Part shown: piece by piece, positions 51,493 to 64,000 of the stretch
Layout: each line of letters starts with the position of its first letter
Position numbering within the stretch: position 1 is the stretch's first letter
From: Octopus sinensis
Lineage: Eukaryota
Direction of reading: 5' to 3'
Assembly (NCBI RefSeq): GCF_006345805.1
Contig: NC_043006.1
Coordinates: 43,462,001-43,526,000 of the forward strand
Length of the DNA: 64,000 bases
Notes under the pieces: model-generated
Told to the model about the DNA's origin: nothing
Database searches by the model: none
What the model saw: only the letters and a program-made list of their open reading frames with translations
Translations under genes and position numbers: made by a program

Positions 51493-53998
51493 AACCAGAT
51501 TCCAGTAGATAGAGGGAAGCATTATAAAAGACCAGATTGAGAGAAATAAGAGAGGAAGAAAAGGAAGAATGTAAAGCAAGAGACAAGAGTGATAGATAGC
51601 TACCATTGTTAGTGAAGATATTCAATAGGAACACCATGGGTTGTAAGATGGGGGTTAGTGTGATGTTTTAGAAGACAGAGTACTAGAAAGATGAGAGTGG
51701 CAAGAGAGAGTAGTGTGAAAGAGAGAGTGATGGATGTTGAGAGAGAGTAATGGGAGACCCCTCAACTGCCAACACACACACACACAAAAACGCACATTAT
51801 ACATTTGGTGTGTGTGTTTGTGAGTATACAACACATACACATTCACACCCTTTTAATGAACTGTACTGGTTAGATATAAGCAAGTGAAGATTCAGTGGCA
51901 AAATGTACAGTGGTTGTAATCTCTGTTTTGACAGCTTCAGGTAGAACAACAGTGAACTAGGATTGGATACATTTACACTATCTTAGCTTCTTAGATAATC
52001 TAATTCACTTCTAATATCTCCATTATTCAACAGTAGATAGAATCGAGCCGTTAGCTCTATGCTGCGCCAACAATTTATAGTAGCTAGGTATTAGCACGCA
52101 AAGCTATACTCACACTAAATACTATTACTAAAGACTTTATCTCTGTTCAAAACACTGGCAATCTAGTAGTATGCCACCCTCACTAGTCTGCAAATTCAAG
52201 TTCAGTTTATGACACCAAACTAGCAAATTCTGTATGAAAGAAAGGACCGGAATATAATGTTTCTAATATTCACATATTCTTTACTGTAAGTCTCCATGCA
52301 ATATCAATAAATACAGTTTCCTTGAGAGTAAAGCCAGATGTCGCTTCTTAATAAGCTCTGGATAATGAATCAATGAAAACATACATGTATCTGTTTGTGT
52401 TGCATTAGTTTAGGTTTGTTTGACACCCTCATTCTATGCTACTATTCTCTGAAATATTTCAGCATTTTCCAGAGCACAGTTTTTAACTTGGCCAGCTGGT
52501 TAATCACACTATACGGAATCCACTTAGCAAAGGCACTCTGGTGGTGAGTTTTGTGCTCAAACAGCATTAGCTTAGATATATCTATAGGAATTTTCTGGTT
52601 CTGCTTGCAGGATCATTGATTAATAAACATGCCAAAACAATGAGCTCATAGCTACGTCATAGAGGTGCAATGAAGGGCAACAAAAGTCTGTGTGTATTTG
52701 CAATGTGAGTGTATGTGTGGAGAGGGAGGGAGGGAGGGTGTGATGGAATCCAATTACAACATGCTGAAAGAAAACTCGACACCCCTCACCTATACAAAAG
52801 AAAAAGTCCTACCCCCACTCCAGTAGCACCAGTCAAAGAGACATTTCTGTCACAGAAGTATGGTTATGGCATAACACAAACTGTCTTATCAAATAAGGCT
52901 CGGTGTGTGTGTGTGGGGGTGGGGGGTGGAATAGCGGATGCTGGATGGAGGCATTGAAAATGGAGCTTGATCTTTATAGAGGCTGTCATCTAAAATATAT
53001 GTGGAATTGCTGAAATGAATCCACTGATTTGAGAACTGGTGAAGAATGAAAGCCTGCCTTGAATTTGTCGCAGTCTAATGCAATTATTTTTCGCAAGAAA
53101 ATACCACAAGATTTACCAAGTGTGACATTCATGAGCATCTATGGACTGTATATCTGTATCTGTGCAGTTGCATGGTTGCATGTGCAACACTAAAACATGA
53201 CACACTACTGACATGTAATCTATGGATTTCTCTTCTTAATCTAACAACAACACAGCAACAGGGAATTAGCTAGCGGAGAAAATTAGGCAATATAGAAATC
53301 TAATTAGAGTTATTGTCTTGCTTGGTTCTAATCTTCTAGTTAGGACATTTTGGAGAGCTTGTTTTCTAGCATCTCTTGCATTCCCTTCTCTGCATGTCTG
53401 ATATTGACTTTTTCAGCTTCATTATTACAGCTAATGAAGAATGAAGGTTACTGCGATTAAGTAAAAGATGTCTTTCTGCACAACTGGAAGCAGTACTAAT
53501 GTGGTGTGAAAGAAAATAATATTACATTGGTGGTAGTGATGGTGGTGGTGGAGGTTTTACAGATGCAGGGGGTGCAGTAAATTGACAGTGCATGATGAAT
53601 CAGAAGTCAGAGTGTGGCCAGAAAATTATATGATAAATTAATGATTAGATTGAGAAGAACAGTCTAAAAGACCAATTAAAAAGTATATTGGAAGGCGATG
53701 AATATGAACAGAGTGAACAAGATAACATGTTCGTTCCTGTGGTGCTACCTCAATTTACAAAGTGATGAATATTTTCAGCTTGGCGTTTCTATGTAATAAT
53801 GTACCACCTCTACAGGGTTCCCATGACAACCGTTTGCATTTTATTACACAGTTCCAATCCAAGAGAAACTTTTTTTTAAGGAAATAATTGAACTTTTTAC
53901 TTTCTTTTCTCTTTTTTTTTTTTTACAATAATAATCAGAAAAATCTATTAAATATACAGGATTTTTGCTTAGCGTGCTCATCACCAATTATAGCTATT

Positions 53999-54046
<48 letters not shown>

Positions 54047-54566
54047 AGTGAGAGGCATGAATTCTGAAGCAATTTAGGTCATATTAGATTCTTTAGAAAA
54101 CAATGTGGAAATTGAATGAAGCAGTGTAGGTGAGTGTATATAATGTGAAGAAGATTGCAATTAATTTATAACAAATCTAACAGCAATGTATGTAGTACAA
54201 TATACACCAATGCACACACACACACACACAGAGTACACCAGATATAGTGAACAGACAATTAATGGCTAACATGACAAAAAGCCACCCAAACTTCATACAT
54301 CATAACTTTATATCAGCTTCAATAGAAAAGATAAGACATAGATTTAGAGATGAACTGGTATATATGTATGTGTGTGTGTGTGTATCTATAAGTATTGGCA
54401 GGGTGTTAAATAAAATGTGGTCTTCTCAAGAAATTTTCTTAGATTTACACTTCTGATTTATCGGTACCAGAGGTGAAAGAAAACCAAAGATTCTGAATAT
54501 TAAAAAGGAAAATTAGTATTTTGTGTGAAAAGAAATATTATTATCAAGGAAGCTGATTATACTTAC

Positions 54567-54645
54567 TGTCGTAGCAGAGGAGCAGCTGTAAGCCATCTGT
54601 GTTAGGAAGAATGACCATAGTATGCGGAGTTATTGGACCCTGGGT
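54567..54645 (-). CDS. msn: misshapen/MAP4K4-TNIK-MINK1 kinase, CNH-domain exon (TQGPITPHTMVILPNTDGLQLLLCYD-)
   Basis: Acceptor ctctgtctacag, donor gtaagt. 79 nt, phase 0 to 1. Peptide resembles the Msn/TNIK CNH segment and splices in frame to the 47335 exon. Confidence 0.93.
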
Positions 54646-56924
54646 CTGTAGACAGAGATGGAAGTGAGAAAAAGAGAAATGAATAAGAACAGACAAGAAA
54701 TCAATTAAGATGAAATATCTAAGTGAAATAGAAACATTTATAGAAACAGGATGGGAACAATTTGTGACTATACTGAAAGAAATTAAAACTTAACAACAAC
54801 GATATCAAATTAAAATAAACAAACAATGTCGTAAATTAAAACAAAAATGAACAAACAAACAATAGCATGAATTAAAATTTCAATATTATATATATATAAA
54901 AAAAAAATAATTAAACAAACAAATAAACACAAACGTACAGACAACGAAATGAGAGGTGGGAAGATGGTGATAAAAAGAAACTTATTGATTACATGAAAAT
55001 ATTAACAAAAAAAAGATCAAAACAAACAAACAAAAAGCAATATAAAATGAGTTTACAATGAGAGCATAATAACAGTGGGGTAGCAGGTGGTGAAGAAATT
55101 ATCGATAACATAGACGGATGTTGGAGGATCTGATCAGTGGAAGTAAAATCTGCAAATTTCACATTTAGAAATAGATTCTATGTATATGTGTGTATAAGTG
55201 TATGCACATATGTATGTGTGAGAGAGAGGGAGAGAGAGGAGGGGAGGCGTTAGCTGAAACCTTTTGCCAAATGTTATGAAGAAGGTCTTAGAAAGCAGGA
55301 CGGTGAGATGGCAGGAGGGAGATATATCTTAATATAAACAATTTATCATGTAGACTGCAGAGAAGTAAATCAAAGGATTATGAGGACCAGTTTTATATTT
55401 AATTGCATATAATTACTACTTCAATAGTGAAATCTGTTTAAAGATTTTCTAACCCAATGATTTCAAACTAAAGTTTGATTTAGCCAAAATAGAATCATAA
55501 ATTTAATTGCTTAAATGTAATAATAATCTTACGCTGCAGATTTCTTCTTTTTCTTTTTCTTTTTTTTTTCCTCTCTTCCACCCACCGTTTATTCATTTAT
55601 TTATTTATTTATTTCCATAATGGCTGATAAATTATAAAAGATTTTTCAAGCCTAACACATCAATATTTGATGAGAGTTTTAATGTTTAAATTCAGTCAGA
55701 GTTCAAAGTTTGATAGACATTATGATTTTTTACAGCAAGCAACTGAAACGAACGAAGGCTTGCAATTGTTGTGTTTCAAGCTAACTGAATAAAGCTATTA
55801 ACAAATCACTTATGTTTATCACTCAGGAGAAACCAACAATGGTGCTTTGGAGAGGGTTAAAGCTAGAATACGTAAGAGAGTCTATGGAATGCACTGGTAA
55901 TTGATATTTACTTCATCATCCTACAGTTCAGATGCTTCAGTTATCAGGTAAAAAAAAAAAATAAATAAAAAATAAAAAAAAAAAAAAAAAAACTCCCCAC
56001 TCATTCACATGATCTCTCACATTACCTGATGATCACATTATCAGGTAATATGTGTGTATCAATGAGTAAAGCTTTGGTAGAAGGAAAAGTAAAAAAAACA
56101 AAAAGAGGTAAGAGATAACACATATTGTTTCCGTCTATACAAAAGAAAAAAAAAAAAACTATATTAATTGCATTAACATTATCCATATTCTAGCTGCACA
56201 AAATGCAGAAAGTCTCCTTAGGCAATGAGAATGACACTTGATCCATAAGAAACACCATTCCGATAACAGTGAAAAGGATTAATAAGTATTTATTCAAATA
56301 TGATGGCAACCAGAAGCTACATGTATTACGTGTAATTTTGTTATTTAGATGCAACCAGAATATACAAAATTATGGTCCTAATTGAATCAGAAGATCCAAC
56401 TTCTTTAGATCAGGGTTGGAGGTACCTCAGTGTACATTATTCCCCCACTGCCATCACCTCCCAGATACTTATTTTAGATAATGTTTTCATAATATGTACA
56501 ATGTTTACCCAATATTAAATAGATAATGTCCATGGAGATTTCAGAAGAAGCTGACAGCTTCTATTTTCAATAATACAGGCTCAAATATCTAACAAGATTT
56601 ATGAAAATAAAATAATAGATGCACCAAGAAGCTGATAAAAAAAAAAGATGCATGTCCACTGTACAGAAGATGCAAACCTAAAGATGAAGAATTTGAAGGT
56701 AAGATGAAAAGGAGAAACAGTATTTGCACTGAAATTTATTATCAACAAGTGGTACCGTGCTGCCCAATGTTGTAAAACATTGCCAATGCACACATCAGTG
56801 CTGAGTTCTTCACTCAGTTAAGTCAAAGAAATATGTGTCCAAGTAAGATCTGATGTTATATACGATCTGCTGGGGCTCCACCTTGAAGATTTTAGTAAAA
56901 TGAATTATATTTTTAAGCCTTGTT

Positions 56925-57100
56925 CCTATTCTATCAGTCTCTTTTGCTAAACTGCTAAGTACATGATGGGTTTCTTTCAGTTTCCATCTGCCAAATTCAC
57001 AGCTTGCAGCTATAATAGAAGATACTTGCCCAATGTACCATGCAGCAGGACTGAACCTGGAACCATGTGGTTGGGAAGCAAACTTCTTACCACACAGCCA
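56925..57100 (-). mobile_element. SINE A with internal deletion
   Basis: ttctttcagtttccatctgccaaattc...gaacctggaaccatgtggttgggaagc. Confidence 0.7.
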
Positions 57101-57129
57101 TATTTGAAAACAAAAGGATAACAAGATTA

Positions 57130-58146
57130 ATTACTTTGATTTTGGATGGAGATTACACTCAAACATTGATTGTTATTCCAAAGGGTCCACAAGTAACTGA
57201 AATTCAGGCTTCAGTGAGCAATATCACATTTTGGGGAAAATGTAGCAAAATTACATTTATTCACCAACATGAGAGCCCATCAAGATGGAGGTTAATTATC
57301 CGTGCAATTTGCAAAACAAGATAATGCAATTAAGCAATGGAAAAACCAAATTCGATACACAAGGAAGAACCAATATGCAAACAACAGGCATGGCTTCGTG
57401 ATCAAGAAGCTCACTTTGCAATCATACGGTTTTGGTGTCTTCTCCAATAACTCCAGGCTGACAAATGCTTTGTGAGAGAATTTGGTAGGCAGAAACTATG
57501 TGGAATCCCATCTTGTGTGTGTGCAGGAATGTGTGAGTTTGTCTTAACCAACACTGCTTGACAGTCAGTATTGGTTTGTTTACATCCCCATAGCTTAACA
57601 GTTTAGCAAAAGAGACTGATGGAATAAGTACCAGACTTAGAAGAAATAAAATAATAATAATAATAATGAGTCCTGGGGGTCAATTTATTTTACTATAACC
57701 CTTTAAGGTGTTGCCTCAGCATAGCTGCAGTCCAATGACTGAAACAAGTAAAAGATGATAGCAGTATCATCTGTTGCTGAACTGAAAGAAATGGTTTTTC
57801 CCAGACCTTTCTGAAAACTACCAGAACCACAGGTGGTCAAAGAAAAGAACAATATCAACTCCAAACAACAGTCTTGTCAATATCACCAATACACAACTTT
57901 TTGTAATAACTACCTTGTAATGGCTATTGTTATATATATCAACTGACAAAATTCTTGATCCATTTAAAGCATTCAAAAACCTAAACAAGTTTCTAATTTT
58001 ACTGAAACTTCCAGGAGTCCACCTACACCTTCTAGGTCTGAAAATAGGAAAAGATGATATGTTCCTGTATGACTTGCGTTCACAGAGTCTGTTCAATGGA
58101 ACAAGATTGGTAGCTAAGAATCTCAATCCCTCTGTTATTGAGGCTT
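57130..58146 (+). mobile_element. Helitron PIF1-like helicase fossil, interrupted by SINE A (~57375-57755)
   Basis: LDGDYTQTLIVIPKG, KLHLFTNMR, ELKEMVFP-DLSENYQNHRW, LKLPGVHLHLLGLKIG and SLFNGTRLVAKNLNPSVIEA match the Helitron GDFRQ.LPV.P / TNMR / LKVG / LCNGTRL motifs. Confidence 0.88.
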
Positions 58147-58179
58147 CAACACACACACATACACACACATATATATTGT

Positions 58180-58415
58180 TTGCTATTATGCAAAAGTGTT
58201 GTAAGTCCAAGATGTTGCTTTTTCAGAAAATGAAAAAAATAGCCTCACCATTCCATAGTACAACCATTGTACTACATTTTGGCAACTTTTGATATCTTAG
58301 CATCTGAAGCAGCTGGAGATACAATAGTTTGACCAAAAGAACCAGCTATTGCAAGCAAAGATAAATATTGAGAAAAACACATTTGGACATACAACAGTTT
58401 AACATAATAACGATA
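58180..58415. mobile_element. Diverged second copy of the 16427 MITE
   Basis: ttgctattatgcaaaagtg...gcatctgaagcagctggagatac...gtttaacataata. Confidence 0.8.
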
Positions 58416-60789
58416 TAATCGGGCATAAACATATATGCATGTACACACACAATATATGTAATTATATACACAAAGACATATTTTTATGCTTATACATACA
58501 TACATAAGCATATACACTTTTATGTCCGTGTGTATATATATATATATATACAGGCATATAAATGTGTTTATGTATGTGTGCGCAGACATATAGTATGTAT
58601 GTGCATGTACATGCAAATGCATACACATGAAGATAAATATTATGAGTATATGCATGTACAAGTTCATACACATTTGCATGATTTATTTAGAAATGGATTA
58701 CACATGTTCACAGTGGAAGAGTTGTATTTTCTAAGTTGGACCAAGGCGTTTAGCTGCAAGGGATATTGCAAACATGTACACTCGGTAATTATGGTTCCAT
58801 GAACTTCAAAATTGAAACACATGGCAAATGAACAATACAGCCATCAATGACAGCTGGTTTTAAATGTTAATTTAATTCTGGTGAATAGAGATTGGATAAA
58901 TGCTATTCAGCAGAATCTCAACATCTGATAATAAAGTAAGAACAACCTGTTTAAATGGACCTTTGGATTGAGTAAGAAAGAAAGAGTCGAAAAATGCAAA
59001 AACTGGATATTAGTCCAATCATTCCCATTTCAAAATAGTCAGGATGTATATTTGTGCTGTGAATTATAATCAAGTGAATAATGAAAAGTTGGTAAACCTA
59101 ACAATACGCTGCTCAAACAGTGACTGCCAAAACCAATTCTTAACTCAATGAAAGCCATGACTGCTCTGTACAGCTTTTAACAATCTGCAACTTCTTGAAT
59201 TTTAGACAGAGCTAACAAATGGGATAAAGAACAAAATGTTCAATAGTTTGGGTAGCTCTGAGCTTTTAAAGCACTGGCCTTATTGATCAGAAGTCTGTGC
59301 CATATGACTTTGCTACAGTTGCTATCTTGTGTCCTGCAGGCACTGACAAACAATATGCAAATAGAGATATTTATGAAGCCATCATAGCTCATAAAAGAAA
59401 TAAGAAGAGAAATTATTTGAAGCAATTATTAACATTGTTTGTATATGTGACATCACAGTCCACATGAAATGATAATGATGAAGTTGCAAGCACCTGTTTC
59501 ACATTCTTTATTTTACAATCAGGAGGGGAAGGAGGAATTGGAGAGATGCTCTCTCCTATTTTTATTTTTATCACACTAACGTGGATTCATAGGATATATA
59601 GATTGATTTGCATACGCTGTTGGTGGAGATGGGGTGTTCATTTCAAGACCAGATACCATCCTTGATACATCTCAGTGAAGTAGAAGAAGCTGTCTTTGAG
59701 TAAGTAATTATTGATTGTCTAACTAGGTTTAAAGCTATGACCTACCATCATACATAGTCCAACTCTTACTACAAACACTAAGAAGTAGCCATTAGCTGGG
59801 TGCAAGAAATTATCTAATTAGAATGCTCACATAATGGAAGGTATTTAGCAGCTGCAACTACGGCACAACATTAAATACTTTACCAGGTCAACACCAATGT
59901 CTTTTACAGGACTAATTTGTCGAATGCAGTGCATAATGTCTTGCAATTAACTTAATGAAGAAAATCAAGGAGCTAATTTAGGCCTAAAGAGAAATTCCTC
60001 ATATAGAATCAATGTTATGTTAAGTAGATGGCTCTTTTATAAAGACTGGAGCCTTTTCAGCTTGTTATATCTAAAGCATTTGCCAGCTGTCATGATTAAT
60101 AAGTGTTATTTCCTTCAGTTTTATAAAGTGGTGTGATGCTGAGGCATTGCACCGTGGACACCTGCTGGATGATTAAAGTATCATCAGGTGTTAATGAAAA
60201 GTACCAATGAGAGAGAGAGAGAGAGAAACCAAGGTAGAACAAGGAAAAGTGACTGGGTTAGATCTGTAAATGTTGGACATCACATTGTGACAACACCAGA
60301 TTAAAAAAGACTAGAACAAACAAAAATAGGCATGTCAGACTAATGACAAGAAGAAAGACTGCATATTGTGTGTGTGAACACATGTGAAGGCATTGCTCTC
60401 AGTGACTAGTTTTTAACTTCCAACAGCTCTCTCGCTTCACACACAAACATTCAACAAAAAATATTGATCATTCTTAATTCTTTATACTATCAATCTTTTA
60501 ATAAAAGTCTTGCTGTCAACTTGAAACTAGCTGTACACAAAGCAGTGGTCATGCCTACTTTCACTCATTGCTGTGAAACCTAGACACTATGCAGCAGACA
60601 AGTAATGCAATACGAAACCTTCCACCAAAAAGGATTGTGTCACATACTAAAATGAAAGTGGTAGGGCTACAGCAAATACTAAGAACCAGAGGCAAAGTGA
60701 CCAACAGAAATGTCCTGTAACCAACAAGAGCACTAAGAAAGCACAAATCTCCACCAAGGCAAAACCAAAGTCCTCTCAACGATTAGCCA

Positions 60790-61100
60790 GAGATGATTTT
60801 TAAAATGAGAATATCTGAAATAAACTCGACTGCTTTTACAAACGAGAATACTAAAAATGAACCCAACTGATCTCAAAAATTAAGTTTAAAAAAAAAAAAA
60901 CAGGAAATATAATCCAGAATCCTTGTGCGGTACTGGATTGATCCAAAAATCTAATCAGTTTGTGCTAGTCATGAGGACTAACATCCCTGAAAGTTTCATC
61001 TGAATCCATTGAGCAGTTCTTGAGATATCTTGTCCATGGACAAACAAACAAACATAACTGGAAAAAAATACCTCCACCTTCACTAAGGTGGAGGTAATAA
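60790..61100 (+). mobile_element. HINE/DINE-1-like non-autonomous element with a 3' hairpin
   Basis: (caaa)n tract, then tacctccacctt-cact-aaggtggaggta (12-bp stem, 61069-61096). Confidence 0.6.
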
Positions 61101-61439
61101 AGGGTTCCAGTACCAAAGAAAAATTCTACCATAGCCATTTCCAAGCCTGGGTGAGGAAGGAGGAAGGATAAGATGACCAATAGTTTTTTAGAATGTGGCA
61201 TTCAATCTGCTACATCCCTGGAAGTCAGTCTTTTTTCCATGTGTGTGTGTCCTCACTTGGGTTTTTTGGTCTAATGAACAGTTTTGTTTTTTGCTGATTA
61301 TGATAATATAACTCTTATCCAAGTAAAACGAGTTACAAGTTCTTTTCTTCTTCACTGGAATCTAGTGGGTTCTATTGTAATTTCAAGTACTCAAAGACCA
61401 AATTCTAATCACAGATACAACAGAAGGTGGAAGGTCAGC

Positions 61440-61660
61440 AGCCTTGCACTATTCGATCTTCACCATTATGCCAAGAGAACATATGAAACCAGTCCTGGTA
61501 AGGAAAGGTATCCCTTGGAGGTTGTGTATGAAGCATTGTAGTGAAAGCCAAAAGGAAGTTACAATCTGGAACAACTTTCTCTTGCTAAGGACAACAACAT
61601 GGCTGGAAACATGGAATGTCAGAACCATGTTTGAAACAGGAACCCAAATTGCAACACCAG
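61440..61660 (+). mobile_element. RTE-like LINE 5' remnant (endonuclease N-terminus)
   Basis: WLETWNVRTMFETG resembles the AP-endonuclease TWNVRT motif. Confidence 0.55.
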
Positions 61661-62654
61661 TTTGATACTGATAAAACTTTTACTAAATTTTTCATTAGCA
61701 ATGTGGTAACAAAAGGATTAATGTTTGTACTTCAGAAAGTCCCATGAGGTTTACCAATAGTAGTGCTGAGATATTCACTAAAAAAATAAAAGTCTTTCAA
61801 GGGAGAAAAGGATATTACACATCCCATGGCCCCTAAACAATAAACTGCCTCACCATCCCAACTATATCTGTACATTGCAAAAACTGTAATCTAATTTTAG
61901 TATAATTTATATTCCATTTCAATTTAATATAATTTTTATGCCATTTCAATTTAGTATAATTTTTATTCCATTTCAAAACCTTCAACCTAATTTTAGCATA
62001 ATTTTTCAACCCAGATGGTTCTCTAAACCAGTGTTTTTCAACTGTTTTTCTGTCTATGGATCCCTTTGATTTCTGTTGTACTCGGTTGGACCCTCACAGT
62101 CATTTAATGTTAAAAAACCCTATTATATTTTTAGAATCAAATATTATTAGAAATTGTATATATATATAAAACCCAGTTAAAATACTTCATGTACTGTAGA
62201 AGTATGACCAGTTTATTGTACAGAAATTTTAACAACAAAATCCTACGTGAACCCCCAAGGTTTTAGAACCAATGCTTGAAGCAGTATCCTTGAGTACATA
62301 GTAATATTGAACACAAAACCACTACATTTAGAGCACCCTTTGCCCTTCACTCCTTTCTGTATGTATATACAGGCACACATAACAAATCCTTACTGGAATT
62401 CTCTGTACCCCACTAGTACCATGAATTATGTGGTCAGTTGCCAAGTATAGCAAATTCTGTAGGCACTAGACATTATCAAGGCTACTGAATTAGGCACTGT
62501 TTTAAGAATTAGCCTAAAGCACTGTTGTCTTAAGGCAGAGAATACAATAAAAAAATATACAGGTATGTCTTCTCTTCCTTAGACTAACAATCAAATAAAT
62601 GTGTACAAAAAAAACAAACTCTTTATGTACCTTACAATTTTGAAGTAAACTGAT

Positions 62655-63000
62655 ATACTCTTACTTTTTACTTGTTTCAGTCATTGGACTGTGGCCATGT
62701 TGGAGCACCGCCTTTAGTCAAGCAAATCGACCCCAGGACTTATTCTTTGTAAGCCTAGTACTTATTCTATCGGTCTCTTTTGCCAAACAGACACACAAAC
62801 ATATACACACACACATACATAAATATATATATACATATATATCACGGGCTTCTATCAGTTTCCACCTACCAAATCCACTCACAAGGCTTTGGTCAACCTG
62901 AGGCCAGAGTAGAAGACACTTGCCCAAGGTGCCACACAGTGGGACTGAACCTGGAACCATGTGGTTGGTAAGCAAGCTACTTATCACACATCTACTCCTG
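62655..63000 (-). mobile_element. SINE family A
   Basis: Matches the other SINE A copies. Confidence 0.88.
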
Positions 63001-63053
63001 TGCCTTAAATAAAGATATGGCTTAAATTTAGATAGACTTTGGTGAATGTTTAA

Positions 63054-63268
63054 CCTTTCAGCATTCAAACTGGCTATATCTGGCCAAATGTTCTCCCTAT
63101 CTTGTGCTCAAACCAGCCAGATTCAACCTGTCACACCTACCCTACAATGTCCTAAAAATAAGCAATCACATCGTGAAAATCTCAAAGTTGCAAGATAATG
63201 CATGATTAATTCAAAACAATGTGAATGATAAGCATTAAATTTGATAGAATAATTTGAATGCTAAAGGG
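63054..63268. mobile_element. piggyBac-type MITE (second family)
   Basis: TTAA-cctttcagcattcaaa...tttgaatgctaaaggg-TTAA. Confidence 0.8.
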
Positions 63269-63425
63269 TTAACAGATCAAAATAGGGTCAATGATTCTGT
63301 ATATATTTATACTATATATAAATTAATGCATATATACACACAAAAGCTTTGTACAGCTTCTTAATTTCAAATATCATCCTATACATGCCAAATATTATCT
63401 GTGCAGATAACTTATAGCATAGTAC

Positions 63426-63497
63426 TATATTTTTAACTTATGGAACTTCTAAAACTACACACACACGGTTTTAGAAGTTCCATAAGTTTAAAATATA
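63426..63497. repeat. 72-nt near-perfect hairpin (30-bp stem, one mismatch, 12-nt loop)
   Basis: aacttatggaacttctaaaac-tacacacacacg-gttttagaagttccataagtt, extended by tatatttt/aaaatata. Confidence 0.9.
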
Positions 63498-64000
63498 CAC
63501 ACAAACACGTGTGTGTGTGGTAAATATAACATTGATTTCATGCTATTGTTCCACTCTGGTGTTTGTGTGGGTGTTGATGCAAGTAATTTTTGCCATCTTC
63601 AGTGGATGTAATGCTAAGAAGATGAAAGTTCACAGATACATACACTCACAGCACTTATCGTCAGGGATAGACTGGTGGAAAAAAAAATATATAGTACAGT
63701 CTAAAGACAGGATAAATTTAAAATAAGAAAAATAACAACTAAAACATACAATATTGTAACTATGGCAAATAACCATAACAACAACAACAATAATAATAAT
63801 AATAAAAAAAGGGGATATTGATCCTAGCTAGTTGTGTTTGATGCAATAAAATCAGTGAATCTAACTTTAGTATAGAAGTTCTGTGAATGTGTGTGTGTGT
63901 AGTCAGCTATGACATGTCTTAGCATATGCTCAGTGAAGCAACAGCAACTTTCTCCTGTCCACTTTATGAAATATATTGTCATTAAGTAGCAATGTTGAAA

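Noticed and set aside
55826-55870. Plus-strand 45-nt exon-like segment (cag/GAGAAA...TAC/gtaaga)
   Set aside because: Isolated, antisense within an msn intron, with no partner exons.
56018-56053. Small hairpin attacctgat/atcaggtaat
   Set aside because: A 10-bp stem in AT-rich DNA is plausible by chance, with no other support.
54646-64000. Next upstream msn exon (expected LVDLT..RLKVIYGS..GFH-like peptide)
   Set aside because: Not found by eye on the minus strand, so it is presumed to lie beyond the window.

Overview
AT-rich, microsatellite- and transposon-dense eukaryotic DNA. The repeat families and (TA/CA)n load suggest an octopus or other coleoid genome, which is an inference. The only protein-coding gene I can support is on the minus strand: the last four coding exons of a misshapen/MAP4K4-TNIK-MINK1 kinase (C-terminal CNH domain) at 54645-54567, 47335-47255, 37868-37729 and 35264-35181. 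All four have canonical GT-AG sites and matching phases, and splice to [127 protein letters not shown]. Earlier exons appear to lie beyond base 64000. About 12 kb after the stop codon (35180 to ~23210) is almost free of transposons and is probably a very long 3' UTR. The rest is nested SINEs, RTE/R4-like/L1/CR1 LINE fragments, mariner, pogo, piggyBac and Helitron remnants, and microsatellites. Most supplied ORFs are microsatellite or repeat artefacts. Best leads: genomic A positions in msn where orthologues appear to have G (candidate restorative A-to-I recoding), a ~400 bp intronic inverted duplication flanked by a 14-bp direct repeat, a near-intact minimal hammerhead ribozyme in a Penelope-like inverted repeat, and the putative giant UTR. 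Repeat boundaries and identities are by-eye estimates.
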